64,000 nt of DNA from Lama guanicoe. Taxonomy: Eukaryota. The translations under genes were made by a program, and so were the position numbers. Shown here piece after piece: positions 25,267-37,866 of this stretch (the first letter of the stretch is position 1; every line of letters starts with the position of its first letter). The notes under the pieces were generated by a model. That model worked only from the letters and a program-made list of their open reading frames with translations. It did not search any database and was not told where the DNA came from. The stretch is taken from the NCBI GenBank assembly GCA_013239625.1, contig MU054323.1, positions 6,809,220-6,873,219 on the forward strand, written 5' to 3'.

Positions 25267-28200
25267 GTCTAGAGGGACTTGCTCAGGTGGAAGATCTGTT
25301 CATCTAAAAGGTGGTCAAATATCCACCTTATTGTGAGAAATTCTCACCGTACAGTTTCCAGTGTTTTTCCCCTTCCCCTTTTTTAAACATAAAAAAAGGT
25401 AGCATGAGTTAAGAATAAAGTATTGGAGGTAATCTCTTCACAGTTAAAGAGGTAGTGGTATTAGAATTTACTCAACAAAGATTTGTTACTTGGCACACAG
25501 TAAGTACTCATCAGTGCAGGCAGTGTTTTTAAAGCTCCTCATTCTCCATTGCTCTTTGCTGTCTAAATTCCTCTGCTCCTGTTCAAAGGTCTGACCTAAC
25601 ACTCCTTATTTCCCACTGCTCGAAAAGAAAAATTACGTTTCAGTCACCAAGGTCTCCCTAGACCTTGCATATGCATCAGGCCTCCTTACCTCACTGTGTC
25701 CCATTCGTTGCTGTGTGGCTCTTGACTCCTTTCATCACCAACTCCTTCTTCCTTAACACACTTCACGAGCCTCTTTTATAAACCTGTCTCTTCTCCTGTC
25801 TGCCTGCTCCTTAGCCTCTCTCAGATTTCTCTTTATTTACCTACTTCTTAAATGTTACCATCCCTCAGGGTTCTGGCCTTGGATCTTTTCCTTTAATTTT
25901 TTTAAAAAATTCTGTACACACTTCCTGGACAATTTTATTGACATCTGTGCCTCAGTCTGTATGATGTATTCATATGTGTGTGTGCACATGCGTGTGTATG
26001 TATAAAATACCAATTAGAATTCTCTGATTTCAGGGAACAGACATCAATTCTGACTAAATTAAGCAAATATGAGTTAATGGGATGCTGTTTGGAGATCACA
26101 GAACCATGCTTGAAAATAAGGTGAAACCAAGGCATCTTAAGAAGGCTAGAAAGCCAAAACTATATGAATGGTCTCTTCGAAAGAACCATCTGGACAGTGC
26201 CCTGCTCCCAGAATGAATGTGTTCCAGCCATGTTCATTTTTAAAATAATTTTCCTTAAGGTTCACATTTAGGCCTGGTTAAGAGGCCTAATGGCCTGGTT
26301 AAGAATCCCATGAGATTTTATTTAATGTAGAAGTAACTTCCCAAAGGAGGTCAGATAGTCTGTGAAAGAGGAGAAGATAACTGTGATGAAAAACAAATAA
26401 ACAAAAACCAAATGGTACTGTATGTACCTGTAAATCACAAATGTCTGTCTTTAGCCCAGATCTCTCTTTAGAGCTTCCCTTTCATTATATCCTACTGCCT
26501 TTTGAATGTCTCCATCAGAAAGTGCCTTGAGCATTTCAAATATAACATTTCTAAACCAAAATTTATAATCCATCCCTTCACCTTGTTTAAAAAAAGTAGA
26601 AAAAAATAGAAGACTAGATTTTTTTTCCCCTTTGAATCCCCTTTCTCAAGGAAAGGCACTTACCTACCAGAACCCTAAAGTCTTTAAGGAAAGATCACCC
26701 CAAGTGCCCCATCCCTACAGCTGCTAGAGGTCACCAAGTGCTCTTTGTTCTGCCTGTGTAGAATCTCTATCACTCTGTCACTTCCACAGCCATTGCCTTG
26801 ATTCAGGCTCTCATTTGAACTGGAATGTCACATATCATACTAGCACTGCAACTTATCTCCTTGTTTCCAATCCACATGCCACACCCACTGCCAGAAGGAT
26901 CTTTGTTAAAGCAGATCACGTCGTTGCTCTCCTGCTTAAAAACATTGCCTTAAAGATGATCCTCATGGCCTTTAGGGTAAAATCTATCTCTCTCTCTCTC
27001 TCTCTTTTTTTTTTTTTTTGCTTTTCTTTAAAGCTTTTTCCAAAAAAACCCCATTTTATTGTTAAATATATCACAAATATGACAAGTGCATACAAGATGT
27101 TTTCTTTTTGTTTTTCTTTTTTTTAAAAAAAACTCTGAGCTGTTTCCTCTGTTTTGAATGTCCTTCCCTACCCCTTGTCCACCCAAGTTACTGCTCTGTG
27201 TCCTTCAAGCCTTGGCTTATGCACTGTGTGGCCTCCTCCCAGGAAACCCTACCGACAACAACCATCCCTTTGCCCATTTGGGTGCTTCACTCTGTGCTTA
27301 ACTTTTATGAATTCCTCTGCTGTACTATAACGTAACTATGTATATTTGCATTTTTCCCTCCAGAGACAGTAAAATTGTTGAAAATATGTATTTTATTCCC
27401 AGGATTTTGTCCAGTGACTGCCACTTAGGTGATACTCAGTGAAGCTTGTGTAGTCATTTAAAGCCAGAGCTCTATGAGCAGCCTTGGCCAGTGTGAACCC
27501 TGCAGTGAGACCCAAGGTGGTCCTCTTCAAAGAGTGATATCCTGGGTAGAGAGAAAACCCCTCCGATTGATAACGTTGTACTGAGTAGAGAGGCATTTAT
27601 TATCTCTTGTGTGCAGCTCAGTGTAAGACCAGTTATCTTGGAGAAATAGGAAGATTTCTTCCCAGGAGCACACTTGGAAGTTAATTATATGCACAGCATA
27701 TGAGGGAAACTTGTAGAATAATAGCAAGTATTAGCAGCTTATATTAATCAGACATACTTTTAGAAATTAGAGATGTTTGTATATTCATAGGAATAGTCTC
27801 AAAGGATATCCCCTGAAATGTTACCAATCTCTTGAGGGTAGGATTTTGGCAAATCTTATACTATCTACTTCATTATCATATTTTTAAAATTTTTGTAAGA
27901 ATATATTTCTTTATAATTAAAAAACAAAAAATGGGCATTTCCAGCAAAAGACAGGCTGTCTGCATCTCAGGAAAAGGTCAGCAGTACAACTCTGCAACCA
28001 TGGGGCAGCCTTTGTTAACCTGTTTTCTAAGCCAACTTTTTCTGGGGAAGCTCAAAGGAAATTTGATGCCCCAGACTTCTCAGAGGAAACGATGTGTCCA
28101 TGTAACCGAGGCCAGGCAGAGATCTGGTGAAAGTTCTACACTCCCTGTAAGGGTGACCAGCTGCATATTACAGAGGCCAGTTACTAGAATAACTTCCCAG

Positions 28201-29520
28201 CTTGGCAGTAAGGTCAGGTGTAGTCAATGGGAGAACTTGGAGAAGCCCAGATAGTCTCTGGAAACAGGAGACCACAGGGACTCCAGGCCTACTGCAATGA
28301 AGGAGAAGCCCTTTGGATTTCACAGATACCTTAAAAACAATTGCCCTGAGTAGCCCAGGTGAATCCCTGGGCCTTGCTGGTGCTCAGGGTCTGCACACCA
28401 GCCCTTCCTTCACCACTGGCCAGTCTTCAGATTGGACAGAGATGTTCCCAGGAGTGGGTCTGTATCTCTCGCAGCCTCTCTGCAGACAACAGGTAACTTC
28501 CAGAGACATTGAGAGACAGATAGGGAAAGTGAAGAAATCAAGAGAGAGGCTGACTGTGGCTTTGAGTGTAGACAGGGCCACTAGGGAGGCAGAGAGCAAG
28601 GAGCCAAGAAGGACACCCTAAAAACTAGATGAAGAAAGGAGAGGGTAGTGTTGAAGAAGCTGGGTGGTGTGGCTTCTGGAAGTGGTTCACCGTGAAATGG
28701 CCGAGTTTTTTTACTTACTTGTCTTTCGATGTCATCCTTGTTTCTTGCTCTGAACTATGATATTTTGTTATACCCATACTGTTCTTTAGTAAACTCTTTT
28801 AAGAGACCAAAAAGAGAAAAATAAAGTTAAATTGTATTCACACTGATTCAGTTAATAGCTAAGAACATTTTAAAGAATTTTTAGATCTACTTTAAAAAAA
28901 ATTGATACATCTGTATTTCAGTTATTCCTATTTTTACATAAACTGCAAGATAAGTATATATATATATATCACTTGTTATGAAATTTATAGCTAATATAAC
29001 TTAAAAACACAATTAATTAGATATGAGGGTGCTTTCCTATGCTTATCTAAACCCAGAATAGATTAGCAAAGTGTTTGTCTCCTGTGGAGATTTTTAGATT
29101 ATTAATCACATCCTTCTCCCTTTTGTATTATAAACTAAGTGAAAAATTGTTACAATAGTCAGGTGGAATAAAAATAGTTTTATTTATTTTATTTCTTGTT
29201 AAAGAAAATATTAGCAGTACTTTTAATGAGAACAATGTGGTTGTGCTTCATTATTTTTTAAAATCTTGATTGAGTGCTTTGTGATGTAGTGATTTGATAG
29301 TTCTAAGTTCAGTGTATTTTAATATTTGGCTTAAATAATCAGCTGAAAAAGACACCTCACAAAAATAAGGTAGATTCAAATAGGAAAATATATCATTGGA
29401 TGAGTTTACTAAGTTATGATACTTGAAATCTTATCTACCAATTATGCTAAAGGTTTTTCTTGAAACCCTATCTTTTTTTAACCTCAAACAGTGATTCTCA
29501 AAACTAATCAAAAGATTTTA

Positions 29521-29602
29521 GGGGGGTGGGTGTACCTCAGTTGTAGAACGCAGGTTTAGCATACACAAGGTCCTGGATTCAATCCCTAGTACCTCCATAA
29601 AA
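29521..29602 (+). mobile_element. tRNA-derived SINE, Vic-1-like, short and diverged
   Basis: ggggggtgggtgtacctcagttgtagaacgcaggtttagcatacacaaggtcctggattcaatccctagtacctcc. Confidence 0.85.
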
Positions 29603-29633
29603 TTTTTTTTTCTTTAAAGATACTGTGTTTTCA

Positions 29634-29727
29634 GGGGGAGGGTATAGCTTAGTGGTAGAGTGCATGCTTAAAATGTACAAGGTCCTAGGTTCAAGACCCA
29701 GTACCTCCATTAAAAAAAAAATAGATT
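29634..29727 (+). mobile_element. tRNA-derived SINE, Vic-1-like, short form with poly(A)
   Basis: gggggagggtatagcttagtggtagagtgcatgc...ggttcaagacccagtacctcc plus A tail; degenerate TSD at 29617-29632 and 29728-29743. Confidence 0.88.
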
Positions 29728-31236
29728 AAGATGTTGCATTTTCCTTTTCTGAAAAATGGATTTTTATAGCCCACTGAAACTCTGATTGGAAGATTTTTTT
29801 GAGCAGGAAAAAAGTTTTTTTTTAAATGTTTAAACTGAGAAGATAATTTTTAAAAAGTGATTTACATCATTTTTAGCAACAAAATCATAACTATGATAAG
29901 ATTTCAAAACATCTGTTTTCACATGCTGTCTTTGTAACGTGTCTTTTTGAAGGCAGTTTACTTTTTATTCATTGTTAAAATGTCATCTTTACCCTGAAGG
30001 AACAAAATTAAGTGTGTTTATTTGGAAAATATCTGCTGGATAGGATATTATCATTACCACCTGTCATAACAGAAAAGGTCAGCAAACCTGGAACACTTGC
30101 TTTTTTGAAAAAGGAAGATGAGTAGCCCATCAACACATTAGATGGCTATTCTAGGTCTTTTGCCAGTAACCAGCAAATGAAGGATCTTTACATCTTGTTA
30201 CAAAATCCTGTAAATGTTCTACTTTTTAAAGGTCTCATTTTTATTGCTTATGTACATTCTATAGCAAGAAAACGGCAATATTTTGCAATAAGCAGAGTAT
30301 AAATAAGTAAGGTGCCACTGTCAACCTCTGCATTCTGGATCTTCTTTCAGCTTCCAAGGTTTGTGATATATGACCGTTAGGACTGAGTGAGACACTAGGG
30401 TGTCAGCATGTTAATTAAGTTTAATTTCTTCCTTGTGTTTTAGATTATGCTGTAAATAGATATTCTGACTTTTTCCGCCTGCAGCCCTGTGGATGTTACA
30501 CTCCCCTTGGGGCATGTACATCTTCATTTGGAGATCCCAGGATCCATCTCAGTGCATAGGAGGCCCTCTGTGATTTGGCTCCTGTCCACCTTTCCAGACT
30601 TGCTGCCTGCCTGTGCCATGTGCTGCAGCAACTCCAAAGTGCTTTTTTATTCCATTATGTGCCACACTCTCCTCTGCCTAGAATGTTTTTCCCTCATTCC
30701 TCCTCCCCCCCTCCATTATGCCTTTTATAACTCAGGTCAAGGTCTGTAAGGAGCCTTTCTTTGCATCCTCCACCTTAACCCCAAGTAGGTATCCTTTTTT
30801 GTGCTCATGGAATATTCTGTGTGTGCCTCTGATACTGCGTTTCTCACTAGTATTTTACAATGCTTATGTCTCTCTCCCCCGGTACCACAAGTTGCTTGAG
30901 GGTCGACATCAGGTCTTAACCTGCAGTTTAGAGATGTTTATGACTGGTGAATGAATCGGTAACTTATTTCACATATGCTATCATAAAATTTCTTTCTAAG
31001 GAAGAGGGTTGACATATTTATTCATGCCTACTTGAAACATAAGTGTGCAGTCTGTTTAAAAATCCTGTTTCCTCCACAGAAAGCATGCAATATTAAATCT
31101 TCTATTCTGTCCCCCTTTTTAAAACTTGACATGTATTTCTGATCTCTTTTTCAATAGAGAAAAGTATATGTTTATTTTTCTTCTATCTTTTAACCTCACA
31201 GCCTCTAAATCCTTTTTTTTTTTTTTGGCTTTGCAG

Positions 31237-31414
31237 GCTTTGGATGGATTTTTCTTTGTTGTGAACTGTGAAGGGAGAATCGTATTTGTGTCAGAGAATG
31301 TGACCAGCTACTTAGGTTACAATCAGGAGGAATTAATGAATACCAGTGTCTACAGCATACTGCATGTGGGGGATCACGCGGAATTTGTGAAAAATCTGCT
31401 ACCAAAATCGCTAG
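31237..31414 (+). CDS. NCOA1: NCOA1 coding exon 4, PAS-A ([22 protein letters not shown]...LLPKSL)
   Basis: Within ORF 31126..31437; ttgcag|gct, TAG|gtacaa. Confidence 0.98.
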
Positions 31415-33335
31415 GTACAAAGAAATGTGTTTTTTAAAGGAGTATGAACTCTCTGTAGCTTCTCCTTACATACTATATCCTATACATTATTATTATATTT
31501 GTAATATGTAGTATTATTCTAATATATGTCATAACATATTAAAAGTATTTTTAAATTTAATTTAATCCTGAGATTAAATATGAAGGAGGAATGTAATCAA
31601 ATAGCTGATAGAGAACATTCCTTTTATCCTTTTCCTCTAGATTATACCACAATCATGTAACAGTGTTAGGAGGCAGAGCAATTGGTTGCCTTGCCACAAG
31701 AAACTTGGAATTCCCTCTGTTTTCAATTTCAGTTATGTCCAAGAAAGAGACAAATGTATATTCTTCCCACCACCTTGCTCAAAGAAAAGAAAGGAGGGAG
31801 GAAAGGAGGGAGGAACAAAAGAGAGGAGGGAGGAATATATTTTCATATTACAAACTTACTAAAATTAGCATTTTTGGATGTAAATGATTTCAACTCAGGC
31901 ATTCCAAGTGAGATTGTTCACTGCCAGAGGAGCCTAGCTAAGAGGACGGGTGGGGGTCCAATTTCCAGCCTGTGGAAATTCACTCACTAAGCCACGTGCC
32001 TACTCTTTAACCTGTATGTACTCCAGAAGTGAGGGAAGGGTCTTGGCTAGAAATCCTATATAACTAAATCGCATACGCAAATAAAATGTTATCCATAGCT
32101 CTTGATTTTCTGCATTGTTCACTCGATGAAATGGAAGCTTTATTTTTTCTTTGAAAAGGTAGTATGTGTTTATAGTAACTGGGGGCCTGAAATTATTTCC
32201 ATTAAAATCACTCTTTTGATACTTGAATTATCAAGGAATCTTTTTGTATTTGTTACAGAATTTTGTAATGTAAATGATTTTAGAGATAATATAGTGGATT
32301 CCTTTATTTTAAAGATGAGGCAAAGATTAAGTTACTAACCCAACCTCACAACTAACTCAAAGCAGGACCAAGACTACTTACTCTGGTATATGTTTGTTTC
32401 CATGATTTCCTCTAACAGTTATAGCTTGATGAGATAGTAAAAAGGAATGGTTCAATGGAGAGGATATGGTAAGAAAACTGTTGGGAATGGTGAGAGAAAA
32501 GTCTTAAAAACTCTCTAATTGCCACCATGGTTTGAATATAAATTTATAACTGGGAAGTAGTAACTCGCCACACAGTGATTCTCACTTGAAATGTGCAGAT
32601 CGTTTCTATAACTGAATTCAATGTTCTTATACTGAATCGGGTAACATTTCTGTTTTAATAATCATTTTTATGTAATAATTTATTGATTTCCCATTATATT
32701 CTAGGCATTGTAGCATATAAACTGTGTAAATAAGTTAAAATGCAAGAAAAAAATGATCATAGGAAGCCAAGATTGGTCTCTATCTATTTTAAATATTTTT
32801 TTGAGTCACAGGCTCATTTGAGAAACTGACTCCTCTCCCCAAAAAGGTGCACATGCGCACAGCCCATCCTTAAGAATCCATGCCTTCCAGGTTAAAACCC
32901 CTGCTTGATAATGGACCTAAGATTTTCAATCAGTTTTTCATTGCCAGGGAATAACAGGAAACAAATGGAAAAACTCACTGATAACTGCTGTAAAATTCTG
33001 AGCAAAAGAGCAATAAGCTATTAATTTTTAATTTTGTTTTTAACTGTTTATAAAAGCTGTTAATGAATTAGGATATTTGTAAGACCTCATCTTTGAGGGA
33101 GGAAATCCTGTACAATTTCTTGCATATTTTACATTTTCCTAATTGGTAGACATTTAGATTTCCTAAGGAAAGTAAGTATCCTATTGCCTCAGATAATGTT
33201 ACTTCTGAAAAGGTCTGCCTGTCTTTTAGTCTGCGTATCTAATTAAGCAGATGGGTAAAGGTATGTCTTTTGTATCTTCAGAGTTTGTACTTTTTCACCT
33301 TCTTCACAGACATATAATCAATTTTTCTTTCACAG

Positions 33336-33515
33336 TAAATGGAGTTCCTTGGCCTCAAGAGGCAACACGACGAAATAGCCATACCTTTAACTGCAGGATG
33401 CTAATTCACCCTCCAGATGAGCCAGGTACCGAGAACCAAGAAGCTTGCCAGCGGTATGAAGTAATGCAGTGTTTCACTGTGTCACAGCCAAAATCAATTC
33501 AAGAGGATGGAGAAG
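33336..33515 (+). CDS. NCOA1: NCOA1 coding exon 5 ([22 protein letters not shown]...QEDGE)
   Basis: Within ORF 33251..33586; tcacag|taaat, AAG|gtaaaa. Confidence 0.98.
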
Positions 33516-34805
33516 GTAAAACAAAGGGTGATTTTAAGGTGTTTGATTGCTTTTTCCATGGCTCTAGGAACAGGGAAGGAAATTGATTATAAACTGCCTT
33601 CTTCGGATAGTATTTTTGGTTACTGAATTGTGTATCATAGTGGATATTCAGTTTGCTGTGTGTTTCTTAATACTTAAAAAAAATTGTTAGCATCTAGAAT
33701 TACCCCTTTAAAATGCCCCCAAATTCTCAGTTTTAAGCTGGCATTCCCACTGAAATGTCAAATTCAAACCAACTTGCTGCCTAGAAATAAGAGCTGTAAC
33801 TAACTGCTGCCAGTTGGAAATGTACCAGATGCAGCAGGCTGTTGAACAGCTCCGATTTTTAGAAAGTTTCAAGCTTAGAGTGTGCAGAACATTGGAGAAT
33901 AGAGTTAGCATTTTGAGGCCATACAAGGTAATTTATAAGGGAAAAGCTTATGAACAGATGAAAACACAGCTGAAGCTCTAATATGAACAGGGTATTAACG
34001 TGGTATTAGTTAAATACGTTACACTGGATGAATTTTCCATGTGAGCTTCAGCTGAGCTAAGTTAGGAACACCACAAGTTGGAAACTGCAGTTAAGGACCA
34101 GGGAAGGTAGCAGACGAGAAATAAGTCAGGTGCAAAAAAAGGCAGTATATGTAGTGGGTCTCACCAGGGAATGGGTGCCACAATCAACTGGGGACTTTTT
34201 ACAAAATACACGTTCAAGTCTGTCTTATATGATTGAAGTCTATTCTTAATTGAGTAATATTGTATGTAACCTCTCAAAAAATTTGGAAATGGGACTTCAA
34301 AAAAATTACGGATCCTAAAAATATAAATGTCCTCTGTCAAGGGCAAAAGAATGCTTCTTCAGAAACAGTTAAATGTTGTTTTTTTTCATACAATAATTAT
34401 TATCTACATAGTGGTTATAGGAATCTTTGTAGCCATTAAGTACTGATGACTATAGGAAACTGACTATAAAACTGTATTTTAAAAACCACTGTGTTGCTTA
34501 AGTCTAGCCAAAACTGCTTCTTCAAGTTGTTATCCAAGTATGAGATGCATCAGTCTCTTCCAGTTTATGTGAGAACACTCAATGGGAAGGGATAATTTAT
34601 GCAAACTAAATCTCTACCCAGAGCTGCTAGTTTTTGGTTGCAAGCAGTTTTATTTCTAATATTATACTGTTAAATCAGAGTGACTCCAGTATTGTGTCAA
34701 ATCCTATAATATATATTGTTTTTATAAAAACCATTAATGACAGATGATAGATGTCGGCCATCTTCTACCCTTTTCCCTTCAATTTACCCTTCTTGTTTTG
34801 GGCAG

Positions 34806-34901
34806 ATTTCCAGTCATGTTTGATTTGTATTGCACGGCGATTACCTCGGCCTCTGGCTATTACGGGTGTAGAATCCTTTATGACCAAGCAAGATACTACA
34901 G
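34806..34901 (+). CDS. NCOA1: NCOA1 coding exon 6 (FQSCLICIARRLPRPLAITGVESFMTKQDTT)
   Basis: ggcag|atttc, CAG|gtacta; 96 nt, phase 1-1. Confidence 0.97.
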
Positions 34902-37725
34902 GTACTAACTGCAAAGTTTAGAATGTTGTGTCGGTATTAATGATGTGACTATGCCCTTAAAACTAATTGTGTCCCTCTGTTCTCTGCTATTTGGCTTCTG
35001 TTCACTTGTCCTGCACAGAAAACATTTTAAATGGTGGTCTTGATAGTGCGCGTTTTTAGATACTATAATCATTGTTGTGGGTCTGAGGAGAACATTATTT
35101 TATAACTATTCACATATCTATATTTGTTTAGGTTATAAATTATTTTCATAATCATGGAAAGAAATTTGGCAATGTAAATGTCAATATATTTATTTGTAAA
35201 TAGATACAAAATGGTGATTTTAATATTGTGCTTAAATGTATCTAGTACTTTCTCTTTCCCTTTATTCTCTCTTTGAATTTATTCAGCGCATACTGATTGA
35301 ATGCTTAGAGGTGCCTATCGCTGTGTGATTGCTCAGCATTTACATAGTTGAGCAAAATGCAACAATATAATTACAAATTGTGGTACTTTTTTTGATAGAA
35401 ACAGTGTGAAATGGTATATGGGAAGCTAATAGGGAGGACCTGCTTTAAAATTAGCTGGCTAATGAAGGCCTGTCTGAGGAGCTGATACCGTGCCCTCCAG
35501 CCCCAAAAGATGAGGTGGTGCCAATTCTGCAGAGTATGAGTGTTGGAAGGGTGCACCGAGGAAGAGTCATGGTGCAGAATGAGTGCTCCTGACTGAGGAA
35601 GCAGAGCTGTAAAAGCCCTTAGGAAGACAGCGAAGTGTGTTTGAAGAACTGAGAGAAGGGCAGGAGAGCCACAAAGTGAGGAAGAACAACAGCCTGAAAA
35701 TAATCCCTGCATTTTAAAGGCCTACTTCAGATTTCATTTTCAGTAAAAACAAATTGTTACTGTTCTTTATAAAGTATTTTACATATGTTGTTTACTCTTA
35801 TCTTCACTCTAACACATCAGGTTTTCATACTTTTACATCAGTGAAAATTATATATGTATCAGTCACTGCTCTAATTTTAAAATAGAGACAGATACGAAAG
35901 ATAGATTTTTTTAACAGACCAAGATTTTAAAAATCATTTTTACTAAATTTTATTTTTCGTGAAAATTTAGTGTTAATGTATTTTTTCACCTTTATCATTG
36001 CTTATAAGATGCTGTTAGAATATGTACTAATTTTTTAGTCCCAGAAATCTAATGTGTGCTTTATTCTTGTGTTTTTAAAGATAAACTCTCAACTGCTCTT
36101 ACTAAAGAGTAGGTGAGGATAAATTAGCACAGATAATAGAATATAGTAAAGAGAATGTCTCGGAGCTTGGAGATACAGCATCTGAGGGTAGTAATGATCA
36201 ATTCCCATATGTTTCTTCATTCCCTTTGTGAGACTACCATGTACAGGTTCCTTTCTGTTTTCCACCAATGCACAGCACTGGAAAAATTTAGTAAACCCTT
36301 ATTGAAAACCAAAAATATTATTACATAAAGGAAAAATAGGGTCCATTAAAAAATAAAACTGGTCTTTTGTGTCAGTAAAACCAAATAAAGGCTTGTGAAA
36401 TAGCAGAATAAAAGCCTGTTGGGAAGGGGTAACGGTCAGGCCACAGAATAAATGTGGGAGACAAAGGAGGCCTAAAAATTATGAGGATGATTTAGGAACA
36501 ATGTATTTCAGCTTTTCCTCATATTGCATTTCTATAAATTGAACTCTAAATTAGATGTTTTAAAGAAGACTGACATCTTCAGGCACTAACATAGAACCTT
36601 CCTTTATATTGCATTGCCTTCCACCTAAGCACTATTAAAGGGACATCACCATACTATACACACTTATTACACAAAAGACACTAGAAAAAATATAAAATAG
36701 AAATAAAATAGAAAGATGCCAGAGAAATACAAAGTATTTTTAAAATATAAAACTAACATTGCATTATATCATAGAATTGATTTAGATAAAAAATAATAAG
36801 CTAGCAATAGTGTGAGATATTTAATTCCTTAAATTTTAGTAGTGCTTTCGACTGTATATAAGGTGATTCATGTCCCTTAAAAAGAAGTCTTCTACCAGGA
36901 AATGCTGAATAGTGGTTTGTTTGGTTAGTTGGTTGATTAAACTTTCCTCTAGCAAGCAGAAGTATTCTAAATCAACCTATTTATGATTCTCTTCTAAGGT
37001 AGTCATTGCATTACCTGATCATTTGTTACCATTGCTGATAATTTACTCTTTCTCCCCTTTAGTCCCACAATTACAGACTCCCTTCCTCTCATGTGGGCTA
37101 ATACTGACCATGAGCACATAAACACATGCACGCCTCCCTTAGTCACTGCCTGTGAGGAGGAGTATTGCATATGAAGATCATATAACAGTGGAGTCTCTGC
37201 TACAACCAACTCTTAGTCTTTGATGTGATGAGACAAAGATTGAATAAATAAAACTCTTAGAAAAATCCAAAATTGTGTATAATTTCAATCACAATATTCA
37301 CCAGGCTTTCCCCAAACTGTTCTAAAATAAACAAAATTCCCTTATGTAACTTTTAGTTTATTTTCTTTCTATCATCTACATTTATGCCAAGACTAGGGTG
37401 ACAGCCTGATCAGACAGACTTAGGTATAATTAGATTCAAGACCCTACATACATAGAAGTCTAATAAGTACTTTATTTCTGAACAAACCAAGTAGAATATA
37501 TAAAGAGGAATTAGTTTAAAAGAGGAAGCACTAACAGCACAATAGATTTGAGTTGATATCCTCCATTACCATATGTAATAAAAATTAGTAGTGCTTTTTA
37601 ATGCTTTTGTTCATTAATCATTTGGGGCAGGGCAGAATATTTCTTAGATGCAGTTGTTAGTTTTGAAATATGAATCACTTATATCAAGAGGCTATCATAA
37701 AGATAAACTTTCATTCTTTGTATAG

Positions 37726-37866
37726 GTAAAATCATCTCTATTGATACTAGTTCCCTGAGAGCTGCTGGCAGAACTGGCTGGGAAGATTTAGTGAGGAAGT
37801 GCATTTATGCTTTTTTCCAACCTCAGGGCCGAGAGCCATCTTATGCCAGACAACTGTTTCAAGAAG
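37726..37866 (+). CDS. NCOA1: NCOA1 coding exon 7, PAS-B (KIISIDTSSLRAAGRTGWEDLVRKC...RQLFQE)
   Basis: tatag|gtaaa, AAG|gtaatg; 141 nt, phase 1-1. Confidence 0.97.

Noticed and set aside
29521..29727. tRNA genes
   Set aside because: Degenerate stems, A-rich tails, a TSD and dispersed relatives indicate SINEs
12357..29727. Inverted SINE pair forming editable dsRNA
   Set aside because: Opposite-orientation copies are about 17 kb apart, short and diverged
30734..30745. AGGTCA-AGGTCT nuclear receptor half-site repeat
   Set aside because: Imperfect and within L2-like sequence; half-sites are frequent by chance
37721..37731. AG|GT recursive-splice-like motifs (exon 7 start, and 50191-50201)
   Set aside because: The reconstituted donors (GTAAAA) are weak and the introns are much shorter than those typical of recursive splicing
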